Notes under the pieces: generated by a model
Databases searched by the model: none
Told to the model about the DNA's origin: nothing
Seen by the model: the letters and a program-made list of their open reading frames with translations, nothing else
Assembly (NCBI GenBank): GCA_046538485.1
Contig: JBKHIT010000010.1
Span: 32,001 to 96,000, forward strand
Direction of reading: 5' to 3'
DNA from: Candidatus Brocadiia bacterium
GTDB lineage: Bacteria > Planctomycetota > Brocadiia > SM23-32
DNA: 64,000 nt
Part shown: positions 56,535-64,000 of the stretch, one piece after another
How the letters are laid out: each line of letters begins with the position of its first letter
Numbering within the stretch: position 1 is the first letter of the stretch
Made by a program: the position numbers and the translations under genes

Positions 56535-59500
56535 TTACTCCACCTTTCGGGAAACATCTTCCAGAACCGGCTCAAACGGCCGTTCCCACCCGAGCGGGAA
56601 GACCATATCTTTGACGACCAGATCGTGTTCTCCCGCGGGGACTGTTAGACCAATCAAATTCGTGCGCGTCCATCGGCCGAAACCGCTGGCCGGCCAGTCA
56701 GTCCAACAGGGCATCCACTCTTTCCCATCGACCCAATACTGGGGACGGCGGATAAAATCGGGTCTGGTCACATGGAGCACGCGTTCCCGGCCTTCGGTAT
56801 GAATTTGGATTGTTTTTCCGTCCAGACTGGCTTCGAAAGGTCCTTCTCCGTAAACCAAAACGCCGTGCCCCAGACCAACCGATTTGTGGTCTCCCTTGCC
56901 ATTCGATCTGACTTCGAACATGTTTCTTTTAAGTTTTTTCCGGCCCACCACACGTTCGAATGGCGCTTCCCCTTCGTAAATATGTTCTTTGTAGCCGATC
57001 TTGCCTTCCCCGGCTGTTATCGAAAACACGATTCTGTCCCGGAAAATGCGAACTGATCCCGTGCGCGCGGTGAACACTACATCTTCTTTCTTGAAATCCA
57101 GCTTCCTGTCGCTGATAAAATTGTAATCCTTGAATTTATCCGCCCACACCTTTATGCAACCTCCCCCGATTTTTTGAAAAACAGGAAGCTTCTCACCGCT
57201 TTCATACGGCCAGACGACATAAAAATAATCCCGGCCCGGTTGCCCGACCGCTTCGACGATCGTTTTGGTTTCCGGTTTTAAATTTTCCCCAAATCCCAAC
57301 CCTGGCAAATCCGTATTGTGCGGCATTCTGATATTCACCGTAAATGTGAGGCGCGCACGCCACGGCAACTCTTGCTTCCCCGAAAACCAAAAATGAAGTC
57401 CGGCCCCATGGCCACTGTCCATCTCCACACGGCGACCGGAAACCGTTTTGAGTTTGCTCACATCGGGAACCTTGTCGTGGGGCGTAGATTTCGGATTGAG
57501 CTTTGTGCCGTCCACTTTAATGTGATCGGCCTCGCCCAGATTCAACCATGTCCACCACGTACGATCGCTGTCGGGATTACCGGGGAATGTATCTCGCATG
57601 ACAAAATAACTGGCCAGCTCTGGCTCAGAGCCCTTCACAAACAGAACGTGGCGCCGCCAATGACGCTCCTTTTTATCTTCGTAGAGTTCCGGCGGATAAA
57701 AACGGTCCGCCATCGCGTAATCCACGTTATCGCCGAATCCGTAATCCCGCACTGCGGCGTCAACGCGCCCGAAGATTTCTTTTTTGTCGTGTTTCACCAG
57801 CTTGACCTGGTTGTGATAGATCGCGTTGTTGGCACTGATGCAGGCAGGGCCATATGCGTAACCCGTCCCCGGGGAAAGTGGAGCCCCCTTCCCGTAGATG
57901 ATGACATTGAAGTAATCGGGGTCCCAGTGTGACCAATTCATACCCGCTCGGAATAGCATCGCCGTCTCGTGCGGAGTATTCGCATGATTCCGAAACATCA
58001 CGCCGTAGGTCGGGAAAAACTCTGTTTGCAGTGGCTTTTCACGCGGAGGAATAGCAGGCCGGAAATTGAACGCATTGAAAGGGGAATTTCCTCTGAATTT
58101 TGCCACGCCGTTGGCCCCGACGCATTCCTGGTGCATGTAACGCAGATAACCGGCCAGCTCTTCGTCATCACCCGCAGCCGCCCGCATTGCAAGCCCAAAT
58201 ATGGGTGTGACCCGGTCCCCGCTGTTGCCCATACCGGGAATAATACGGAGGTTTCCGAAACGCGGATCCTGCATTGTAAGATTCGCCAGATAGCGCAAAG
58301 TATCGCCATGGTAATCGGATTCCGTCAGATTAACTGTTCCGGTATTACGCAGAATATTGATCCCCGCATCGAGAAATCGGGTCGGTCCGTATAGTTGATA
58401 ATTCGGGCACGCGACCCACGTGCCATCAGGGGCTGTCTGCGTGGCCAGTTTGAAACGGGTGTAACGCTGCAACCGGTCCATCCAGTAATCATAGCGCGGA
58501 TGATCGGGAATCTGCGAAGCAAAATACCCCAGCGCCAGCGTTCGGTTGATCGTCATATTGTTGTTACCCAGATGAACACCGGCGCCCCGCGGATTGAAAT
58601 CGGGATCCGACAGCAGATATGACCACAAAGCAAGATAACGACGGATCTCATCCCGCATCTTTTCAGGCAAATCCGGACAGGCCAGAGCGTCCTCCGCCAG
58701 ATGTGCTCTCTTCAGCTGCCCCGCCTGGCGGTAATGTGAGAGACCTGTGACATGCCACTGACTCTTTTTTCGGCGGATCCAACCCAAAAATTGTTTCCCA
58801 TGCCGGACAGCGTCCTCCGTTTGCCCGCTGAAAACATAATAACTTTGCAGGACGTCACGATCCGGATTTTTCTCAATTGATTTTCCCAATTCCCTGACGA
58901 TCTCGGGCGTTATAAAGGCACGGGGATAAGTTTTCGCCGGAGATCTCCTTTGCCGCCAATCGAGCTGCCATTCTTTATACCGGTCGAGACCGATATGTCC
59001 GAAACGCCACTGTGCCCTGTGCAACTTGTCTCCGAAATAAAGGCCCCAAACGCGCCGGGCGTAACTTTTTTTCAAATCCCGGTCATGCTCGTGCGTTGAG
59101 AATGGCGATCTCTCATCGGCTACATCGTATTGCCACCAAATCCAGCGGGCGTCGAGGGGGAGTCCGACTGAAACCCCTTTGCCTTTCTGGAACCAGGCGT
59201 TCAGGGCCATTGTTCGGCGCCAGGATCCAACATGCAAAGGGATAAGTCCGACGCGTTGCGGGTCGTCTGTTTCGCCATTTGTCAGTTGAATACCGCCTTT
59301 CAAACCACCCCATTTGCCACCCGGAACGATGCGATCAAGCCGGAACATACCTTTAACAGGCACAATGGGCGGCGGAGCCGTGCCGGTCCCGCCAAAGGAT
59401 TCCGGCTTAAAATGCGCTTTGCGTTTCTTCTCAATATGCTTTTTGAAATCGTACAGCCCCGTTTTCACCGATGTCTCGCCCGCCTGCTGCACGTAACCAA

Positions 59501-60332
59501 CCGTCCCGGGCGACCAGCCCTCGTTGAGATCGAGCAGGAGAAAATTCGCATTGTTTTTCTTCAATACCCCCGCGTCCAGTTCCTCGGTCACGACTGCTAC
59601 CGGCATGCCTGGAGACATCTGCAGACGCCACACGTACCGGCCCCGGGGAGCAAAATGGTAACGGGCCTCGTACTCAAAACATGCGGGCCCTTTCCGCAGG
59701 ACCGTGATCGCCCCAAAGGTAATTTTCCATTCCTTGAGAACAAATCGGGCCCCACCCATCCACTCCCCGCCTTTCGGCCGCCAGGCCAAAATCGGCGGGA
59801 TCATCTTCTCGCCAGAGGCCGGCTTGTCAAACTGTATCGATCTCGGCTGTGGTATCCGCAAGGCAAAAAACTCGTTGCTTACTTCCAAACATTCTCCTTG
59901 CCTCTCCACATTGAGTGTGGTGTTTTCGCCTCGCCTGTCCTTTTCAGATTTCTGGAGTCGATAAACCGTTTGAGTCCCCTGCGCAGCCTCCGCAACGAAA
60001 CAAAGAATCTCATCTTTAATCTGAAAAGGAACCGCCTTGTCATTTTGATCCAGAAGAACGAGTGGATCTTTTTTCTTAAACCATTTCTTCAGACGAAAAT
60101 GCACGAGTTCAGGTCCCCAGTCCCTGTAGCCGTAATCCCTGAAGACAATCCGCCCATCCTTCGGTATCACTGAAAGGGTATCAGCAGCATTGGCGCTCCC
60201 GACCCCGAAGATCCCCCACGCCAGAGCAAACAACCATCCGGCAAAAAGCACCTGATATGGGCAGTGCAAATATCTCAAAATCCAGCCCTCTCTTTTGAAA
60301 AAGCGATCCAGGAATGTTTTTTTGTCGCTCAA
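56535..60332 (-). CDS. Large secreted protein with heparinase II/III-like (polysaccharide lyase-like) C-terminal half
   Basis: Signal/TM ending ANA; PDG.W...P.Y, YGVMFR...ET.MLFRAG, SHWDPD..NVIIYGKGAPL, YHN.V, W.RHVLFVK, YFVMRD; SD GAGG. Confidence 0.65.
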   Translation of the reverse strand: MSDKKTFLDRFFKREGWILRYLHCPYQVLFAGWLFALAWGIFGVGSANAADTLSVIPKDGRIVFRDYGYRDWGPELVHFRLKKWFKKKDPLVLLDQNDKAVPFQIKDEILCFVAEAAQGTQTVYRLQKSEKDRRGENTTLNVERQGECLEVSNEFFALRIPQPRSIQFDKPASGEKMIPPILAWRPKGGEWMGGARFVLKEWKITFGAITVLRKGPACFEYEARYHFAPRGRYVWRLQMSPGMPVAVVTEELDAGVLKKNNANFLLLDLNEGWSPGTVGYVQQAGETSVKTGLYDFKKHIEKKRKAHFKPESFGGTGTAPPPIVPVKGMFRLDRIVPGGKWGGLKGGIQLTNGETDDPQRVGLIPLHVGSWRRTMALNAWFQKGKGVSVGLPLDARWIWWQYDVADERSPFSTHEHDRDLKKSYARRVWGLYFGDKLHRAQWRFGHIGLDRYKEWQLDWRQRRSPAKTYPRAFITPEIVRELGKSIEKNPDRDVLQSYYVFSGQTEDAVRHGKQFLGWIRRKKSQWHVTGLSHYRQAGQLKRAHLAEDALACPDLPEKMRDEIRRYLALWSYLLSDPDFNPRGAGVHLGNNNMTINRTLALGYFASQIPDHPRYDYWMDRLQRYTRFKLATQTAPDGTWVACPNYQLYGPTRFLDAGINILRNTGTVNLTESDYHGDTLRYLANLTMQDPRFGNLRIIPGMGNSGDRVTPIFGLAMRAAAGDDEELAGYLRYMHQECVGANGVAKFRGNSPFNAFNFRPAIPPREKPLQTEFFPTYGVMFRNHANTPHETAMLFRAGMNWSHWDPDYFNVIIYGKGAPLSPGTGYAYGPACISANNAIYHNQVKLVKHDKKEIFGRVDAAVRDYGFGDNVDYAMADRFYPPELYEDKKERHWRRHVLFVKGSEPELASYFVMRDTFPGNPDSDRTWWTWLNLGEADHIKVDGTKLNPKSTPHDKVPDVSKLKTVSGRRVEMDSGHGAGLHFWFSGKQELPWRARLTFTVNIRMPHNTDLPGLGFGENLKPETKTIVEAVGQPGRDYFYVVWPYESGEKLPVFQKIGGGCIKVWADKFKDYNFISDRKLDFKKEDVVFTARTGSVRIFRDRIVFSITAGEGKIGYKEHIYEGEAPFERVVGRKKLKRNMFEVRSNGKGDHKSVGLGHGVLVYGEGPFEASLDGKTIQIHTEGRERVLHVTRPDFIRRPQYWVDGKEWMPCWTDWPASGFGRWTRTNLIGLTVPAGEHDLVVKDMVFPLGWERPFEPVLEDVSRKVE

Positions 60333-60419
60333 CTTCCAACCTCAATCATGACAGGCCGATAAAAACTTTTTAAACAAAAGCCGTGGTCCCACTGTGGTAA
60401 CCCGCATATTTTGCGGCCC

Positions 60420-61634
60420 TCAGCGGTAATTTCGTTTCGACACGTAAAGCAGGAGACCGGCAGCTTTGTGCGGATGGCTGTAAGTGCATCCAAGTCCAAT
60501 AAATACATTACCATTCACCACCACCATCGACGAGGCGCGTGTCGGGGAATACAGATGGAAAAGCGGCGTAAAGTCTTTCCCGTTCTCCGTGCGGAAGATT
60601 TCAATCCGATATCGCCTCTGACCTTTTCCTTTCTTCCGGCGGGTATTCGCCAGCACGTAGGCCGTTCCTTTTGAAACCGTCACGTCATCCGGGAGAACGC
60701 TAAGATCGCAATGGGTAACGTGAAGTTCAGCCCCCTCCCCCTCCATCGCTTCCGCGCGGAACAGGCCCAGCCCTCCGGTATGATCATTCCATGAACTTTT
60801 GCCGCGTCCAAGCCCGATGTAGAGAACCGTGTCCTCATCCAGGTTCACAGGACTTTTAGCGTAGGATTGCTCCGTGTACCCGGAGTACACATCGGGAATT
60901 TTGAGGAGGCCTTCCCCCTTGGATCCCCTTCCCCATGTGTCCATGCGTGTATTGACAAAAGTGTCGCCATTATAGTGTTTGATCCAGCCTTCATAACCGG
61001 TCATGTAGAGCTCTCCCCCGCATTCAAATAACGTTACAGTCCGTATCTTATCAAGCGCTTTTCCGCAGGAGCTCCATGTATTACCACGATCCTCAGAAAC
61101 AACGACCTCTCCCTGCCAGCGCGCGATAGCCACAAACAGCTTTTCGCCATATCGACAAACATCGAACACGTGGGCACCGTGCTGTTCTCCTTTTTGAGGA
61201 ACCAGGATTTTATCCCATTGGCCCCGGCGTTGTTGAACATAGATGGCCGTTCGGCCACTCCCGGTTGGATCAATGCCGGGGAAACACAACCGATCCCAAA
61301 TCACACAATATTTACTGATCATCTCCTCTTTAACGGTGCCCTCCGATCCAAACTGACCACTCCTCATATCATAATAATAGATCGGTGTCGGGCCGGTATT
61401 AATCGTAGCATCCCCGGACCCCAGATAAATACGCCGGCCAAAAACCGCCATATCGTGAACGGATCGAGCGTGAAGCCGTTTGCCCCCTTTATCGGTATAC
61501 TTATCCCCCACGGCCGATCCCAGAACTTTCAAACGGTTGGTCACATCCGGCGAATCAGCCAGAACAGCCGGACAGAGACCAAACAACAACATCAATATCA
61601 CAATCCTCCTCAACATTTCCCCATTCTCCTTCAA
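60420..61634 (-). CDS. Secreted beta-propeller-like protein with BNR/Asp-box
   Basis: Signal peptide (AVLA-D); SEDRGNTW Asp-box and a second TENGKDF; short beta-strand pattern. Confidence 0.55.
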   Translation of the reverse strand: MKENGEMLRRIVILMLLFGLCPAVLADSPDVTNRLKVLGSAVGDKYTDKGGKRLHARSVHDMAVFGRRIYLGSGDATINTGPTPIYYYDMRSGQFGSEGTVKEEMISKYCVIWDRLCFPGIDPTGSGRTAIYVQQRRGQWDKILVPQKGEQHGAHVFDVCRYGEKLFVAIARWQGEVVVSEDRGNTWSSCGKALDKIRTVTLFECGGELYMTGYEGWIKHYNGDTFVNTRMDTWGRGSKGEGLLKIPDVYSGYTEQSYAKSPVNLDEDTVLYIGLGRGKSSWNDHTGGLGLFRAEAMEGEGAELHVTHCDLSVLPDDVTVSKGTAYVLANTRRKKGKGQRRYRIEIFRTENGKDFTPLFHLYSPTRASSMVVVNGNVFIGLGCTYSHPHKAAGLLLYVSKRNYR

Positions 61635-61780
61635 ATTATAAGCCGAGTAATTGTACCGTGTAATCGGCCGTGTCCAATAGATGGTAAAGCTGGAACACTT
61701 CGGGAAAACAGAACACTTTCATCCTGATTATAAAGACACATCGGCGGGGACACAACACATTTGAGAGGCAAGCAATCCTG

Positions 61781-64000
61781 TCAGTTGTGGATAATTGGCG
61801 GTTGTTTCAGAATGCGAATTTCAAAATCGTGCTCACCCCCCAGAACGGGAACGATTAAAGTCTCTCCCGAGGTCCCCGGCGCATAGGTCTGTCCGTCAAT
61901 CACCAGCGTCGGCAGACGATCCAGGGCTGCCGGACGTGTCAGGTACAAAAACCGATCCTGGCCGGCGGTTCGTCCCGTAATGCAGTTTTCATCGAATGTA
62001 AGCGCGTAGGGCCCGCCTGCCCCCCAGGACTTAAGTTTCTTGTAGCTTACGCTCCTGCCTTTCTCCAGCACAAGACTCACGGCCCCCTTCTCGCGCACAA
62101 TAACCCCACCTCGTCGACCTTCAAATCGCACGCCCTGGCCTTCCCAGGTAGAGAGAGTGTTGAAATCAAAACCGTAAGCAAAACCTCCGTCGAACTCATA
62201 ACACATAACCCCATCCTGAACTCGCTGAGTTTGCGATCCTTGCGGGGCGGAAAACTTGATGTCATGCTCGGGCGCGGCCACTCTAATAGTTTCGGAACCC
62301 AGCTCATCTTTTGGGACCACCCGTATCGCGGGGATTTCGGCACGGAGCTTCGCGCCCTTGTAAGCAATCACTCCGCCGCCTTCGGCGATTACGAGATGAA
62401 CTTCCTCCGGGTACACGCGCACCGCTCCCGCGACGCCCTGAAAATCCACCTCAGGACCGTCATATTTCATCGGTTCGTGGTCGACAAACACATAATCGGT
62501 GGCTTCTTCTGTGCTTATTCGTGCTGCTCCCGGGCCAAGAACTTCATATTGAGGTCCGGATTCGCCATCTGCCCTGGGATATAACACGGTGACTATATCC
62601 TGTCCGGCTTCAACCGGGCCCACGGCATTGACCGTAATCGTCTCTTTAAAACCGGCCTTGTTCCTGTTCTTCTTTGATTCCTGTGTACCATGGGCTTTCC
62701 GCCAGTTTTTAGCCACAGCGTGATACATTGGACCGTGTCCGGATTCCTCCCGGGATTCAACCTCGATGGAATCCGGCTGGAGAAAGTGGACGTCAAGATA
62801 GTGACCAAAAGGGCTCTTATAAAGCAACTCGTTTTGTGTCGTTCGAACATTTGCTTTGGGCCCCAGTGTTCGAAGATACCACCATTTTTTCTGGAGTTCT
62901 TTGCCTTTCTTACGCGGAGAAAAACTGTCCCGGAACACAAAATAATTCGGCCCGGTAGCCTTTTTCCCTTTCAAGAAGATAATCTGGCGGGCCCATCGTT
63001 GCGGACCGTAATCCCCCAGACCGCGGATATAATCCACGCTTTCGCTGAAAAATTTCCGATGCACCTGTGAGGCAGGCCCACCTCCCGGCCAACCACCTGT
63101 ATTGCTCTTTCGCCCGAATCGCACCCGGCTGTGCCATCCAAACTGATTGTATAACTTTTTGTAGTTTTTGAGCTGCTGAATAGCATAAGCTCGCAGGCTC
63201 AGATTGATCAGGGGAGCGCCTTTGGAAAAAAGTGCGAAATCTCCCTGGTTTGCGTCACAATGGCTGGTCAGATATCCCTGTCGATATGAGAGGTATGTCT
63301 CGTTGGGGTCGCCAGCATGCGCCCTTAAAACAGCGCCGAACCCCGGCAAACGTTTGCTTTTCAAATATCCCGGGACCGAACCGGAATTCCCTTCTTTTGC
63401 CAGATCAGCGTGGACAGTAGCCCACTTCCCGAAATTGCCGCTATGGTGCGTTTTGAGGGGACGGTCCAACGCCTCCCACGCCCATGCCAGCGCCTGCGCC
63501 AACCGGGGATTGTTCCGTCGAGCCAGTGCCGCCGCCACAAGCCAATGCGCGCCGACTTTGACGCCTTCATGCCCCCATGCCGGGAGCACTCGCGTTCCGA
63601 ACCGTGGATCCTTGGGAGACAGGAGCTGCAGTGTAAACCGGGCGGGAAGGGTGCAAAGCCGACTCGTACGATCATCCAGTCTCCCGCCTTTTTCTAATAC
63701 CATACCTGCTTGCATTAAATGGGGCGCGCTTGCAGCGAAATACGTAATAAGTTCACTCCAGGCACCTTCCGGGGCGACGTTCATAGCCAGCTTATATTTC
63801 TCAAATTCTCCGATCATGTCCAGCCAATCCTGTGCTCGGGGATGCTCGGGGATCAGAGAAGCCGTAAAGGCCAGCGCCAGCGTCCGATTGATCGCCATAT
63901 TGGGAGTCCCAAGATGGATCATTGATCCTCGCGGGTTGAAATCGGGCTCGGCCAGCGCATGACTGACTGCTGCAATATAGCGGCGAAGCCGTTGACGTCT
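61781..64000 (-). CDS. Paralogue of the 56535-60332 lyase-like protein, 5' end beyond window
   Basis: Frame stays open to 64000 (RRQRLRRYIAAVSHALAEPDFNPRGSMIHLG.PNM.INRTLAL); SHCDANQGDF.LFSKGAPL, W.RQIIFLKG, YFVFRD. Confidence 0.7.
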   Translation of the reverse strand, partial: RRQRLRRYIAAVSHALAEPDFNPRGSMIHLGTPNMAINRTLALAFTASLIPEHPRAQDWLDMIGEFEKYKLAMNVAPEGAWSELITYFAASAPHLMQAGMVLEKGGRLDDRTSRLCTLPARFTLQLLSPKDPRFGTRVLPAWGHEGVKVGAHWLVAAALARRNNPRLAQALAWAWEALDRPLKTHHSGNFGKWATVHADLAKEGNSGSVPGYLKSKRLPGFGAVLRAHAGDPNETYLSYRQGYLTSHCDANQGDFALFSKGAPLINLSLRAYAIQQLKNYKKLYNQFGWHSRVRFGRKSNTGGWPGGGPASQVHRKFFSESVDYIRGLGDYGPQRWARQIIFLKGKKATGPNYFVFRDSFSPRKKGKELQKKWWYLRTLGPKANVRTTQNELLYKSPFGHYLDVHFLQPDSIEVESREESGHGPMYHAVAKNWRKAHGTQESKKNRNKAGFKETITVNAVGPVEAGQDIVTVLYPRADGESGPQYEVLGPGAARISTEEATDYVFVDHEPMKYDGPEVDFQGVAGAVRVYPEEVHLVIAEGGGVIAYKGAKLRAEIPAIRVVPKDELGSETIRVAAPEHDIKFSAPQGSQTQRVQDGVMCYEFDGGFAYGFDFNTLSTWEGQGVRFEGRRGGVIVREKGAVSLVLEKGRSVSYKKLKSWGAGGPYALTFDENCITGRTAGQDRFLYLTRPAALDRLPTLVIDGQTYAPGTSGETLIVPVLGGEHDFEIRILKQPPIIHN

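Noticed and set aside
1..64000. tRNA, rRNA, integrase, transposase, phage or defence genes
   Set aside because: No T-loop/cloverleaf, rRNA-like sequence or relevant protein motifs recognised by eye; tRNAscan-SE and Infernal would be needed to exclude divergent RNAs

Overview
Bacterial chromosomal window with no rRNA, tRNA, CRISPR array or transposase gene that I could detect. The gene content (TPR/HEAT proteins, MoxR, sulfatase, giant secreted carbohydrate-active-like proteins) suggests a Planctomycetota/PVC-type organism, which is inference. Positions 1-42 kb are mostly housekeeping and envelope genes: coaC, yidD, rnpA, apbE, hflX, an ispH-UbiA fusion, rpiB, moxR, degP, a GT9 glycosyltransferase, UDP-glucuronate decarboxylase, a P1B metal ATPase, leuC-[CoA activase]-leuD, a DHH phosphoesterase, dxs, a NanA-like aldolase, proB, a sulfatase and aroF. 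Positions 43-64 kb look like an accessory sugar-catabolic region: a giant secreted protein, DegT aminotransferase, FAD oxidoreductase, LarA homologue, two tandem GntR/LacI hybrid regulators, a glycosidase-like gene, a BNR protein and two heparinase-II/III-like paralogues. The strongest non-obvious signal is a complete ribosome-mediated attenuator upstream of aroF that the ORF track misses: a sigma70 promoter, a 41-aa leader peptide with YFAFWYFYF (Phe, Tyr and Trp codons together), an antiterminator and an intrinsic terminator. Intergenic spaces carry at least four families of adjoining or nested MITE/REP-like repeats. Several genes show lesions: an in-frame TAG in the metal ATPase, an ATC start in the DHH gene, a 5-bp duplication in GT9 and a probable internal deletion in the glycosidase.
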